A stretch of DNA of 64,000 nt, taken from assembly GCA_965248445.1 (NCBI GenBank), contig CBDFJG010000004.1, positions 1,152,001 through 1,216,000 on the forward strand, read 5' to 3'. This document shows, piece after piece, positions 19,914 through 30,075 of the stretch (its first letter is position 1; the number at the start of each line of letters is the position of its first letter). The notes under the pieces were generated by a model. The model had not been told where the DNA came from. It made no database searches and worked only from the letters and a program-made list of their open reading frames with translations. The DNA comes from Planctomycetota bacterium (lineage in GTDB: Bacteria; Planctomycetota; JAJSAM01; JAJVHW01). The translations under genes were made by a program, and so were the position numbers.

Positions 19914-21725
19914 CTACTGCGGGTCGATGACGCTGCGCGCGTGCAGCACCGCGGGGTGGTCGGGCACGATCGCCGCCGCTTCCGCAAGCCGCTGCAGCGA
20001 CGCTCCCCGCTCTCCGCGCGCGTGCGCGGCGAGCGCCCGGTTGGCGTGGTACTCGGCGCGCGGATTGGGGTGGCCGGGCACGCGAGGCGCAATGCCGTCC
20101 GCGAGGCGCTCGGCGTCGTCCCCGCGGTTCAACTCCGCCAGCGCGCGAATCCCCGCGATCTGCGCGGTGACCGCGTCTTTCCCGGCGAGGTCGAGGTGCG
20201 TGAGCGCCAGGTCCGGCCTCGCGGCGGCGAGATACGCACGACCGAGCGTCTCCTGCAGTTCCGCGCTCTTCGGGCAGCGCTCGACGCCCTCTTCCGCGAT
20301 GTCGAGCCAGGCCGCATGCTTCCCCTGGTGTTCGAACGCGGTGGCGAGGTTGACGTAACTCGCCGAGCTGTTCACCGGCGGCCGGACGAGCCCGCCCGAG
20401 AACGCGAGCCCGATCAACGCCAGCGCCATGGCCGACACCATCCCGAGACGCCCGCGGTCCACACCTCCGCGCGCCAGCACGGCGACGCCGGCGCCCAGAG
20501 CGATCGCGCACGGCACCAGCGCCGGCAGCCGGTAGCGCGACACCGGAAAAAAGACGATCAGAGCGAGCCACGTCAGCGCGACGACGACGGCGGCGACGTC
20601 CACCTCCCGGTGCCTCCGTCGCGCGAGCAGCCACCCTGCCGCACCGAGGGCGAGCAGCCACCATCCTCCCACCGGGAAGAACCGCAGCCACGTCGAATAG
20701 CGGCGCTCGATCGACACGTCGTGGTTGTTCCCGTACTCGTCCGCCGACACGAACAGGTACGCCTTCTTGGCCCAGTGCAACCCCATGGTGAAGACGGAGG
20801 CGCCCTCGAACGCACGCCCGCGCCAGTAGGACGACACCCCCGACGGCGAGAGCGGTCCGCCCGCGTCACCCTCGGCGATCTCACGGGCGGCGATCCGCAT
20901 CGCGTCCGGCGACATCGGCAGGTCGTCTGCCGCGAACATCACGCGCTCTCGCGAGACCGGGCCGTTCGACATGTAGAGGTTGACGCCCGACGAGGAAGCG
21001 AACGGCGTCAGTTCGCCCGTCACGCGCAGGTTGCGTACCGCAGCCGGTCCCAGGACGAACGCCAATCCGATCCCGACGAGCGCGGCGCCGCTCCAGAAGC
21101 GCGCACGGGGCCGGAGAGTCGACCACGCGACGGCGATCGCGGCGATCGCGAGCGAGAGTGACAGCGCCCGTCCCAGACACGCGAATCCGGTGACGACACC
21201 GAGCGTCACCGCGTCCGCCCTCCCTCCACCACGGCACCATTGCACTCCGTACAGCACGCCCGCCGCGTGCAGCAGGCACAGCAGCGGTTCTTGCCCGGGC
21301 AGGATGTCGTGAAACACGAAGGTCCCGCCGAGTGCGACGGCGGCGCCCGCCACGCAAGCGGCCGTACGGCCCGCGAGGTGGTGCGCGGCCAGCGCCGTCA
21401 CGCCCGCGGCGAGCGAACCGAACACGAGATTGACGACGGATGCCTGGAGCATCGTCGGCCATCCGTCATAGGGGCTGAAGAGCGACAGCACCCACGGGAA
21501 CAGAGGGGCGAGGAACCACGGCTGCCCCGACGGCTCGTTCTTCATGGCTGCGGCAAGTTCGAGGTAGCTGCGATCGTCCAGGATCGCCAGCGTGAGCAGC
21601 GCGTTGCCGTCACGCTGCTCCCACAGTGTCCAGACGCGCAGTGAAGCCGCCACGACCGCGACCGCGGCCGCAATCAGGTACGCCTGCCTGAGACGCGGGG
21701 CCGGCTCGGCGCCCTCAGCCGTCAT
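19914..21725 (-). CDS. GT-C (family 39/ArnT-like) integral membrane glycosyltransferase with a C-terminal TPR region
   Basis: DD..Y...A, APLFPW, RN......P...SSGVNLYMSN, FFPVSRYRLP; many TM helices. Confidence 0.8.
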   Translation of the reverse strand: MTAEGAEPAPRLRQAYLIAAAVAVVAASLRVWTLWEQRDGNALLTLAILDDRSYLELAAAMKNEPSGQPWFLAPLFPWVLSLFSPYDGWPTMLQASVVNLVFGSLAAGVTALAAHHLAGRTAACVAGAAVALGGTFVFHDILPGQEPLLCLLHAAGVLYGVQWCRGGGRADAVTLGVVTGFACLGRALSLSLAIAAIAVAWSTLRPRARFWSGAALVGIGLAFVLGPAAVRNLRVTGELTPFASSSGVNLYMSNGPVSRERVMFAADDLPMSPDAMRIAAREIAEGDAGGPLSPSGVSSYWRGRAFEGASVFTMGLHWAKKAYLFVSADEYGNNHDVSIERRYSTWLRFFPVGGWWLLALGAAGWLLARRRHREVDVAAVVVALTWLALIVFFPVSRYRLPALVPCAIALGAGVAVLARGGVDRGRLGMVSAMALALIGLAFSGGLVRPPVNSSASYVNLATAFEHQGKHAAWLDIAEEGVERCPKSAELQETLGRAYLAAARPDLALTHLDLAGKDAVTAQIAGIRALAELNRGDDAERLADGIAPRVPGHPNPRAEYHANRALAAHARGERGASLQRLAEAAAIVPDHPAVLHARSVIDPQ

Positions 21726-22170
21726 CGCGCGCGTCTTCCCACTCCCTGAACCGGGTGAGGTCCCCCGAGAACGCAGAGAGCGCCCAGGCGAGGACTGCTG
21801 CGTCGTCGATCACGCCCAGCAAAGGGATGAAATCAGGGAGCAGGTCGAACGGGTTAGCCAGGTAGAGCAGCGACGCGCTGAGCGCGGCGACGCTTCGCCA
21901 CGGGACCTTGCGGTACTCCCGCCGGGCGTAGGCGCGCAGAAAGCGAATGGAGGTGGAGAGAGGTTCCCAGATCCGCGCTATCCGGCCGCTCCGTCGCCAC
22001 TTCTCGGCGCGCTTCGTGGCCCGATCGGCCAGATCCTCCGCCCGCTGGTCGTCGCGGACCACGTCCTCGACGCGGCGGCGTGCACCGCGATACCCCCACG
22101 GCGCATCGGACTCGTCCGGCGTCGGCTCGCCATGGGGATCGGGATCGGGTTGCGTTTCGCTGGTGGACAT
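21715..22170 (-). CDS. YkvA/DUF1232 family membrane protein (start uncertain)
   Basis: YLANPFDLLPDFIPLLGVIDDA motif. Confidence 0.88.
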   Translation of the reverse strand: MSTSETQPDPDPHGEPTPDESDAPWGYRGARRRVEDVVRDDQRAEDLADRATKRAEKWRRSGRIARIWEPLSTSIRFLRAYARREYRKVPWRSVAALSASLLYLANPFDLLPDFIPLLGVIDDAAVLAWALSAFSGDLTRFREWEDARDDG

Positions 22171-22258
22171 GGGGCTGGTGGACACGGGAGATGCTCCGCC
22201 GGAGTGTACGGTCATCAGAGCCCGGCCGCAGGCCATCCGAGGACAGGGGAGGCGTACC

Positions 22259-22668
22259 ATGAAGCCCAAACGGCGCAAGACGATGCGGGACTTCGAATCG
22301 ACGATCGAGAAGCAGATCCGCGAGGCCCGGGAGCGCGGCGAGTTCGACGACCTGCCGGGCCTCCGGGCCTCGGCAAGCCCATCCCGGACCTGAACCGCCC
22401 GCACGACGAGATGTGGTGGCTGAAGAAGCTGCTGCAGCGCGAGGACCTCTCGTTCCTGCCGGGCACGCTCCAGTTGCGGCGCGACGTCGAGGAGGCGCTG
22501 CTGCGCGTGCGGCGGGCCCCGGACGAAGCGACCGTGCACCGGCTCGTGCGCGAACTGAACGAGAAGATCACGAAGGCGAATCGGACGGTCACTTCGGGGC
22601 CGCCGTCGAACATCTCGCCGTTCGAGATCGAGGATGTCGTCGCGCAGTGGCGCGAGCAGCAGAACTGA
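22259..22668 (+). pseudogene. DUF1992-family protein frameshifted by an 8-bp duplication
   Basis: IEKQIREARERGEFDDLPG-LGKPI...WWLKKLLQRE; CCGGGCCT is duplicated at 22355-22370, and removing one copy restores a 133-aa ORF. Confidence 0.85.
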
Positions 22669-22692
22669 GGATCCGCGCCGGACGCGCGACTC

Positions 22693-25488
22693 TCAGCGTT
22701 CGACGTACACGCCGCGGTGCATCCCCGCCAGGCGGCGGAGCAGCGTGGATCCGGTGCCGATCGCAACACAGCTGACCTCGACCTGCCGCTTGGCGTTGAT
22801 GTCCTTGATCGCGGAGAGGATCGCGCCGTCGGCGAGGTACTTACCGTGGGTCGGCCCGCCGTCCGACAGCACCACGACGGTCTCGACGCCCCTCTCGAGG
22901 ATGCCCCGTTCGAGCGCGTCGTAGAGCTTGGTCCCGCCGGTTGGTGACTGCCGCGTCAGGAACACGCGCAGCGCCTTGCGCGATCGCTGGGAGAGCGGCT
23001 GCATGCGCTCACGCCACGCGCGCACGTCCGTTCCGAACAGAATCACGTTGACCATCGCGCCATCGTCGAGCGCCGCGACGGCCTTCAACAGTTCGCGCAC
23101 CGCCGTGCCGAACCTGCTCTCGTCGCCCGGCGTCGCCGGTCCGCTGAGACCGAGTCCCCCGCCGGCGGCCATGCTGCCGGAACGGTCGATGACGAACACG
23201 ACCGAGTCCGTGCGGATCGGGATGCCGTAGAACTTAGGCCCCGAGCCGTCGCGCGTCGGGCCCGCGAGCGCATTCGGCAGTGCCGGCGGAACGGCGGGCA
23301 CGCGGAACGTCGCACCGTTCTCGGCGAACCACGCGCTCCAGAGCGCAGCGTCGTCGTAGAGGTGCACGCCCGTCAGCTGGAACAACGCACGGGCGAGAGC
23401 ATCGCGGGCGCGGGCGGCGCGCTCCTTCTCGAGCACGGCGATGAGTGGCGCTACGGCGTCGCGCTGCCGCAGTTCCGCGAGAGCCTCGATCGTGGCGACG
23501 CGCACCGCACTGCGCGAGTCCTTGAGCCGGGCGGTCAGCAGCGGCAACAGAACCGGCTCGCGGGATGCCGCGACCGCGCGCACGGCAGCCTCGCGCACGC
23601 GCCACGACTCATCGTCCAGCCCGCGCCTCAGGATGGGCAGCGCGTGCTGCACTCCTCTCATCCACGGTGACCCGAGCAGCGCCAGCACGTCGGCGAGCGC
23701 GTAGTCCTCGTGCTCCTCCGCCCGCTTCTCGAGCGCGGCCAGAGCGCGCGGGTCCCCGCCAGCGGAGAGCGAGGCGATCACCTCCGCGAGGACCCCGTCG
23801 TCCGGCTCCGCCGCCACGCGCTGCAGCAGGGCGGTCACGCCCCGGCGGTCACGGCGTCCGAGCAGGGCGCGTGCCGCGAGCCGCCGCACGTCCTCGTCCT
23901 CGTCTTCGAGCGCTTCCACCAGGCGCGGAACCACCGCGGCATCCGGCACCCGTGCGAGCGTGCGCAGCGCGTGCGACCGGTGTGCGTGCGGCGCGCCCAG
24001 ACGGAGCAGCGCCTCGGTGGCCGATCCGTCCCGCACCGCCGCGAGCAAGCCGATCAGAGGCACGACGGTGGACGGAGTCGGGTCGTTGCACGCTTCGATG
24101 AGCACCTTGCGCGCACGACCGTCCCGCCGCGCGACGAGATCGGTCATTCCGAGGACGCGGAGCGGTGCGTGCCGGTCCTTCGCGGCGGCCATCGCCTCGC
24201 GTGCGGTCGGCGCGCGCGGGGATGCGCGCACGCCCTCGTACATCGCGAGACGCAGTGCAGCCGAACGGCTGCTTTCGTACGCGGAGAGGAAGCGCCCTCG
24301 CGACGAAGCGTCATCGATCGCCGCGAGGTGGCGTGCGGCCTCGCGCACGACGTTCTCGCTCCGGCCGTGGAGTAGTGAAGAGAAGTGCTCCGCTCGACGG
24401 GAGTATCGTCCACGGCTGAGCGCCGCGATCGCCGTGAGCACGATCGCCTCGTCCTGACGGCCGAGGAAGCGGGCGAGCGCCGCCTCGCCTTCGCCCCCGA
24501 ACCTCCCGCGGCCGATCGCAGCGATGGCCATCAGCCGCACCGTGGCGTCCGCGTCGGAGCGTGCGGTGTCGTCGAGAAGCACGAGCGCGCCGGGTGCGCC
24601 GGTCCGTCCCAGACGCGCGACGGTCGCAGCACGCGCCGGAGCCGTCAGGCCCCGCTCTTGCGCGAAGCGCTGCAGCAGCGCCTCGACGCCCTCCGACTCA
24701 CCCTGTGCCCCGCCCGCAATCGGGTCGAGCAGCGTTCGCGCCGCCGCCCTCGTCAGCGTCACGCCCGCGCCGCCCTCGGCGACCTCGATCCTGCGCGACT
24801 CGCCGCCGACCACCACGACATCACCCGGCAGAAAGCGCTCGACGGAACCCGGCGCGCCGTCCAGCGCACCATCGCCGTCCAGATCGAGGAGGACCGCGTC
24901 GTAGCGGGCGTCGTCGAATCGCAGGTCGCCGTTCCCGTCGGAGAGTGCAACCGGTACGAGCCGTCCACCGACGACGAACGCTCCGCTGCGGTGGGCAGCC
25001 ACGTCGGCGCGGAACGTGTCGTCGGCCTCGAGCGCGCCCCGTTCCAGGCGCACGCTGACCGGCACCTCGTCGGTCCCCTGACGTACGCGCACCGACGTCG
25101 AGGCCATGTGCCGCAGGCCGATGCGCCGGAAGAAGAGCGCTCGCTCGTCCGCCAGCGTTCCGTCTGCGTCGGTGTCGAACCACGCGCGGACCGGGTGCGA
25201 GCCGACGTCCACAACGATCGCAACGCCACCGCCCGGGGCCGCGAGCAGCGGGACCATGCCGAAGCGGCCGTCAACGATCCCCGCGGGGAGCGCCAACCCC
25301 TCGGGCGGATCGAAACGCAGCGGCACGCGCCCCGGCGCGCGACGCTCCGCGGCCCCCGGTGACCACGCCAAGTCCGCACGGAGGACCCCGTCGGTCGCGT
25401 TCGCACCATCCAGTTCCTGCCCGGTGCCGGATGGGCAGACCGAGAGCACGAAGAGAGCCGTGAGCAGGAGAGGTGGAGCGCGCCGCAT
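22693..25488 (-). CDS. Secreted HEAT-repeat protein with a C-terminal vWA domain (start uncertain)
   Basis: HEAT repeats; FYGIP....VVFVIDRSGSM, GGTKLYDAL, VLSDGGP. Confidence 0.88.
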   Translation of the reverse strand: MRRAPPLLLTALFVLSVCPSGTGQELDGANATDGVLRADLAWSPGAAERRAPGRVPLRFDPPEGLALPAGIVDGRFGMVPLLAAPGGGVAIVVDVGSHPVRAWFDTDADGTLADERALFFRRIGLRHMASTSVRVRQGTDEVPVSVRLERGALEADDTFRADVAAHRSGAFVVGGRLVPVALSDGNGDLRFDDARYDAVLLDLDGDGALDGAPGSVERFLPGDVVVVGGESRRIEVAEGGAGVTLTRAAARTLLDPIAGGAQGESEGVEALLQRFAQERGLTAPARAATVARLGRTGAPGALVLLDDTARSDADATVRLMAIAAIGRGRFGGEGEAALARFLGRQDEAIVLTAIAALSRGRYSRRAEHFSSLLHGRSENVVREAARHLAAIDDASSRGRFLSAYESSRSAALRLAMYEGVRASPRAPTAREAMAAAKDRHAPLRVLGMTDLVARRDGRARKVLIEACNDPTPSTVVPLIGLLAAVRDGSATEALLRLGAPHAHRSHALRTLARVPDAAVVPRLVEALEDEDEDVRRLAARALLGRRDRRGVTALLQRVAAEPDDGVLAEVIASLSAGGDPRALAALEKRAEEHEDYALADVLALLGSPWMRGVQHALPILRRGLDDESWRVREAAVRAVAASREPVLLPLLTARLKDSRSAVRVATIEALAELRQRDAVAPLIAVLEKERAARARDALARALFQLTGVHLYDDAALWSAWFAENGATFRVPAVPPALPNALAGPTRDGSGPKFYGIPIRTDSVVFVIDRSGSMAAGGGLGLSGPATPGDESRFGTAVRELLKAVAALDDGAMVNVILFGTDVRAWRERMQPLSQRSRKALRVFLTRQSPTGGTKLYDALERGILERGVETVVVLSDGGPTHGKYLADGAILSAIKDINAKRQVEVSCVAIGTGSTLLRRLAGMHRGVYVER

Positions 25489-25539
25489 CGGGGTAGGTCC
25501 CGGAGCCATCGTAGCCACGAGTGGCACCGAGTTCCGTGA

Positions 25540-26256
25540 TCAGCCCCGGCGGAGCCTCAGCGCGGCGACCATCGCCGCCGCAGCCTGCACGTTGTAGGAC
25601 GGGATGAACCCGCGCACGGGCAGCCGCACGACGCGGTCGGAGATTCTCAGCGTCGCATCCGGCAGGCCGTCCCGCTCGCCACCGAGCACGATCAGAGCAT
25701 GGCTGGGGAGCGGTTCCGCATCCGCGAGTTCCTCGCCCCCCGTCTCGACCGCCACGACGGCGCGGTCCGCGGCGCGCGCCGCGGCGATCACGCGCTCACC
25801 TGTCTGCCACAGGACGGGGTACAGGCGGTCCGCCCGCATGGAGGCGCGGAGTGCGGCACGCCGCCCTGCTGGAGGCAGGTCGGTGTCGATGGCGACGCCG
25901 GCCGCACCCGCCACCTCGAGGGTCCGCACGGCGCACCCGATGTTGCCCGGATACGCGAGGCCGGAGAGGAGCCACACGTCGCCCGCACGACGCATCAACT
26001 CGTGAAGAGAGGCCTGCGGCGGTGCGCCCGCGACGGACAACACGCGCGCCGGCGCACGGGAGTCCCCCGAGAAGCGTCGCAGCACGGCGTCGCTCACCCG
26101 CTTGACCGGGATCTTCAGCTCCACAGCCGTCTGCAGCGCCTGAGGCTCCGCATCGACGAGGTCGCCCCGGTGCACCATCACGAGCCCTACCGGCCGGCCG
26201 GCGGCGAGAGCCGCCGACAACGCGTCCGCACCCTCCAGTCGCTCCCGCCCGGTCAT
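25540..26256 (-). CDS. TrmH/SpoU family RNA methyltransferase
   Basis: PGNIG...RT, LGGERDGL, LP..GFIPSYNV. Confidence 0.88.
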   Translation of the reverse strand: MTGRERLEGADALSAALAAGRPVGLVMVHRGDLVDAEPQALQTAVELKIPVKRVSDAVLRRFSGDSRAPARVLSVAGAPPQASLHELMRRAGDVWLLSGLAYPGNIGCAVRTLEVAGAAGVAIDTDLPPAGRRAALRASMRADRLYPVLWQTGERVIAAARAADRAVVAVETGGEELADAEPLPSHALIVLGGERDGLPDATLRISDRVVRLPVRGFIPSYNVQAAAAMVAALRLRRG

Positions 26257-26315
26257 GGCGCTGGACGGTACCGCCCCCGATCGCTCTCCGAACATGAACG
26301 AAACGTGAATAGACT

Positions 26316-26948
26316 GTGACCAGGGTGAGCGCTTCGACTTCGGCCGTGGCATTTGGCGGCGTTCCTGCGACGCGGGAGACGCCGATCCGGGCTCCCCGCA
26401 ACTTCACGAAAGCCTCGGTGGTCCGCGTTGTGGAACGCGACCGGGTGCTCGCGGTGAAGACCGTGCGCGGCCGCTCGAGATCCGTAGGCACCGTCATCGC
26501 CCGGTTCCTCCTGCGCCGCGAGGCGCGGGCTCTCGCGCGGCTGCAGCATCTCGATTGCGTGCCCCGCCTCGAGCGTGCGGACGCCAATGAAATCGTGACG
26601 CCGTGGTTCGACGGAGAGACGGTTCGCGCGCGCGCACGTCGGGGCATCACCCCACGCGAGGCCGACTCCGTGCGGGCGGCCATCGCCAAGTTGCACGCGG
26701 CGGGTTTCGCGCACGGCGATCTGAGTCCCCGGGACGTGCTGGTCGGCGAGCGCGGCGCGCTCCTCGTGGACTTCGCCACGTCAATCGGACCGAGCGCCCC
26801 TCCGCTTCTCGGCCGCGTGCTCGCCCGGTTGCTGAGGGCGCGCGACCGGCGCCGCGTCGCCAGGATCACACGGCGCGCGCTCAAGCGATGGCGTGACCAT
26901 CAGCTTCTTCTCGCCGCACTCAGCCGGGACGTTCCCCTGTCTTCGTGA
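26316..26948 (+). CDS. Small RIO1/Kdo-kinase-like protein kinase (start uncertain)
   Basis: AVK, REARALARL, LHAAGFAHGDL, LVDFA. Confidence 0.75.
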   Translation: MTRVSASTSAVAFGGVPATRETPIRAPRNFTKASVVRVVERDRVLAVKTVRGRSRSVGTVIARFLLRREARALARLQHLDCVPRLERADANEIVTPWFDGETVRARARRGITPREADSVRAAIAKLHAAGFAHGDLSPRDVLVGERGALLVDFATSIGPSAPPLLGRVLARLLRARDRRRVARITRRALKRWRDHQLLLAALSRDVPLSS

Positions 26949-27220
26949 GCAGCGACGAAACCGATCTCGACGAGCACGCACTCCGCGCCACGATGCGGCA
27001 TGCCGGCCGCACGTACGGTGTGATCGCCTATCCGAGCGGCAGCAGTTCGCTCGACGTCGACGGCACGTTCATCTGCAAGGCCGACTGGAACGGGCGCGTG
27101 CTGGACACGGGGCTGAACGAGGTGCACCGCAACCGCGACGACTCCGATGCCATCCTCACGGAACTGGCGGATGGGCTACGCCGCCTGTCGCCGCCGAGCG
27201 ACGAAGAAGACGACGACTGA
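26945..27220 (+). CDS. Hypothetical acidic protein
   Basis: GTGA overlap with the kinase gene; plausible codon usage. Confidence 0.6.
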   Translation: MSSDETDLDEHALRATMRHAGRTYGVIAYPSGSSSLDVDGTFICKADWNGRVLDTGLNEVHRNRDDSDAILTELADGLRRLSPPSDEEDDD

Positions 27221-27691
27221 TCAGCGGACGTTCGCGACGTCGCGCAGCGCGCCGACGACGTGACCGCCCCACCGCTTGACCGGCTCGAACAGCGACGCGT
27301 CGAACAGCAGCGCGACGCTCCCGTCGCGGTAGCGAACAGTCCAGTCACGCTGCAGAGCCACGACGGGTCTGCGTCCCTGCTCCGCACGCCACACGAGCGA
27401 GACCCCCTCCCCCTCGACCACTTCCCTCGCCACCGGCGTGGGCGCAACCGTGCCTCAGAAGAACCTCAGCTGCTCCGGCGGCCCCCACGGACCGGGTATC
27501 CACTCCCACTCCGACCACGGCTGCCCTACGACACCCGGCAGTTCCGTCGTGACGCTGAATTCCATCGACGACGTTCGCTCCGGCCATGCCGTCGCAGCCG
27601 TCAGCGCGAGCAGCGCGAAGACCGCGACCGGCGTGCGCGTGCCGAACGCGAAGCGGCGGGGCCGGCGGGGTGGAGGAGCCTCAGGCGTCAT
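27221..27691 (-). CDS. Membrane-anchored 'TAWP' family protein with an in-frame TGA at 27455-27457 (pseudogene or recoded)
   Basis: ATG 27691 overlaps the upstream stop; ORFs 27455.. and 27221..27433 share one frame. Confidence 0.55.
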
Positions 27692-28209
27692 CGTCGTGCC
27701 GCCATGCTCTCGTGGTATCGAGCTGCATTCATTCCGCGCAAGCGGGGAGCGGTGCGCCACTGTTCGAGGATCTCGTCGAAGGTCAGGCTCCTCCTCGGAA
27801 ACGGGAGGGCCACCGTAGCGACTCGTTCGCACACGAAGTCCGCGCGCTCGATCCGGCACACAATTGCCCAGTTCGCCTCGCGCGACAGCCTGGTGCTGAC
27901 GCGCGCGTCCGGGAAGACGACCAAACGTTCCAGTCCGGTCGGCTCCGCGCGAGACGGACCCAGCGAGCAGTCGGTAACGAACAGCCACTCCCACTCCCGC
28001 GAGTGCGTCCCCCAGTACTCGAGGAAGTCCACGGGCTGCGCCAGTGTCACGGGGAGTTCGGCAATCGTCTCAATGCGCCAACCCATCCCTCTCTGCCGCT
28101 CCGGCCATGCGGTGAAGGCGATCATCAGGATCACGACCCCGGCGAAATACGGAGCGCCGAGAACCGCGCGTGACATGCGGCGCGGCCGGCGCGGGGGCAG
28201 TTCGTCCAT
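27688..28209 (-). CDS. Membrane-anchored 'TAWP' family hypothetical protein
   Basis: PPRRPRR, then TM, then TAWPER; TACGAT lies 6 nt upstream of the ATG. Confidence 0.7.
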   Translation of the reverse strand: MDELPPRRPRRMSRAVLGAPYFAGVVILMIAFTAWPERQRGMGWRIETIAELPVTLAQPVDFLEYWGTHSREWEWLFVTDCSLGPSRAEPTGLERLVVFPDARVSTRLSREANWAIVCRIERADFVCERVATVALPFPRRSLTFDEILEQWRTAPRLRGMNAARYHESMAARR

Positions 28210-28276
28210 ACGCTCATCGTAACGGAGAGCCCGCTGCCCGATTCAAATCACGGGGCCGGTTCAAGCCGGCGGCCGT

Positions 28277-28933
28277 TCAGGCCAGGTGGCCGGCGTCGTT
28301 CCACCGGACGAGTTGCGGGCCGGTGTCCGCCAAGGCGAACTCGGAAACAGAGGTGTTCCGGCCGGAGTGCAAGCGTCCCGCGAGGGCGTCCGGAATGTCG
28401 AGCAGGTACACCGCGATCGTGCGCACCACGCCTCCGTGGGCGACGATCAGCAGCGTGCCGTCCGGCGCGCGCGGCAGCGCGTCCGCCAGTGCAGCGGCGA
28501 CGCGCGCTCGCAACTCCGCGAGAGTCTCCGCGCCACCGCGCGGAGGATCCTCCCCGCGCTCGATGCGGCCGCCGAGGCCGGGGTCCTCGCCCCGGATGTC
28601 CGCGAGCATCCGGCCGGACCACGTGCCGACGTCGATCTCCCGCAGCCGCTCGTCGAACACGATGTCGAGGCCGCGGTCTGCCGCCACGATCTCGGCAGTC
28701 TCCCGCGCCCGCAGCAGGTCGCTCGACACGAGCGCGTCGATCTGCTCGCCCGCGAGTCCCGCCGCCAGCGCGTGCGCCTGTTCGCGGCCGACGTCGTCGA
28801 GCGGCACGTCGGCCTGTCCCTGGAAGCGGCGCGTGGCGTTCCACTCCGTGCGGCCGTGGCGCGCGAGGAGCAAGCGTTGCGCGCGGGGCCCGTCCGGCCA
28901 CCCGCCCCAACTCCGGCCCCAGAGAACGCCCAT
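28277..28933 (-). CDS. Histidine phosphatase (phosphoglycerate mutase family)
   Basis: RHGRTEWN..RRFQG, SSDLLRARETA, LREIDVG.W.G, VAHGG. Confidence 0.92.
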   Translation of the reverse strand: MGVLWGRSWGGWPDGPRAQRLLLARHGRTEWNATRRFQGQADVPLDDVGREQAHALAAGLAGEQIDALVSSDLLRARETAEIVAADRGLDIVFDERLREIDVGTWSGRMLADIRGEDPGLGGRIERGEDPPRGGAETLAELRARVAAALADALPRAPDGTLLIVAHGGVVRTIAVYLLDIPDALAGRLHSGRNTSVSEFALADTGPQLVRWNDAGHLA

Positions 28934-28952
28934 GCCTACGACCGCCCCATGC

Positions 28953-29627
28953 CTACGAACGGCGCGCCGCGCGGCACTCGTCCTGCAACTGACGCACGAA
29001 CTCCCGGAGGTCGTCGCCAGGACACGCCGTGCCGGGCAGGTCGTACTCCGCCTTGATGCGGCTGTGCGTGTAGATGTCGTCGGGCAGGATCCCGTGCAGA
29101 TCCACCAGCCAGTGCACCAGCCCTGCGAGCGCCGCGCGCTGCGTGTGCGGCACCGGCTGCAGGTCGAAGTTGCCCATCAGCGAAACGCCCACGTTGTTCC
29201 GGTTCGACGCCCCGTTGCCGGCGTGTGCGCCCTGCCACGCAATCGGGCGGCCCGTCCAGACGCGGCCGCTCGGATCGATCACGAAGTGGTAGCCGATGTC
29301 CGCCCAGCCCCGTCCCTTCACGTGCGCGTTCTGGTAGCTGCGCATGCGGCGTGCGGCGTCGTCGATCGTGCCCGCTACCGCGGGCCGCGGTTCGCCGGTG
29401 TGGTGCACCGTCAGCCGCGAGATGCCGTTCATCGGCGACGCGTTGCTCTCGTCGAGCGGAACGGCTCCCCACCGTGCTCGCTGGAACACCTGAGGTCGCG
29501 GAGCCTGCCGAGTCGCGGGCGTCAGCGGCGCCGGTTGTGGCTCGGACCGTCGCGTGCGCGAGTCCGACGCACACGCCGTCGCGAGGACCGCAGCGATCAC
29601 GAGCAGCAGGAGTGGTGGCGAGCGCAC
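28953..29627 (-). CDS. N-acetylmuramoyl-L-alanine amidase (Amidase_2/PGRP-like) lipoprotein
   Basis: Lipobox; VHHT, GWADIGYHFVI, GAHA, GNF, TACPG. Confidence 0.9.
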   Translation of the reverse strand: MRSPPLLLLVIAAVLATACASDSRTRRSEPQPAPLTPATRQAPRPQVFQRARWGAVPLDESNASPMNGISRLTVHHTGEPRPAVAGTIDDAARRMRSYQNAHVKGRGWADIGYHFVIDPSGRVWTGRPIAWQGAHAGNGASNRNNVGVSLMGNFDLQPVPHTQRAALAGLVHWLVDLHGILPDDIYTHSRIKAEYDLPGTACPGDDLREFVRQLQDECRAARRS

Positions 29628-29655
29628 GGAGCGGACAGGGTAGCCACTACCGGGG

Positions 29656-30039
29656 TCAGAGCCGCTCGGCCTCGCAACCGTAGTCGATGAAGCGGATACC
29701 GACCCACCAGTCCGTCAGCCATCGCGCCGTGGGCCGGGCCCGTGCCTCCTGCCAACTCGCGCGCAGTTGCTCCGCCGACAACTCGAGAAGAGGCACGCTC
29801 GGCACGGCGACGGACGCCTGTCGCGCGAAGAACGCGTACCCGCCGCCGCAGCGCGAGACAGCGACGACCGGCGACCGCGGCGCCGGTCCCGCGGCATCGA
29901 CGCGGTAGTACTCGAGCGCCCGTGTCGACGGCCACGCCGTGAGACCGACGAGCCCCGCGCACAGCGTCACTCGCAGCAGCATCGCTACGGGCGCGGTCCG
30001 CGCCGGCCGGCGGGGCGGCGTCGTACGAGTGGTGTCCAC
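29656..30039 (-). CDS. Membrane-anchored 'TAWP' family hypothetical protein (start uncertain)
   Basis: PPRRP, then TM, then LTAWPS. Confidence 0.55.
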   Translation of the reverse strand: MDTTRTTPPRRPARTAPVAMLLRVTLCAGLVGLTAWPSTRALEYYRVDAAGPAPRSPVVAVSRCGGGYAFFARQASVAVPSVPLLELSAEQLRASWQEARARPTARWLTDWWVGIRFIDYGCEAERL

Positions 30040-30075
30040 ATCCTCACAAACGGGCGGGCCGTCTAGACTGGGAAC

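Noticed and set aside
28170..29690. Long Arg/Pro/Ala-rich ORFs such as 28170..29690, 39310..41274 and 44318..45895
   Set aside because: They are antisense shadow frames of recognisable genes, as expected in high-GC DNA.
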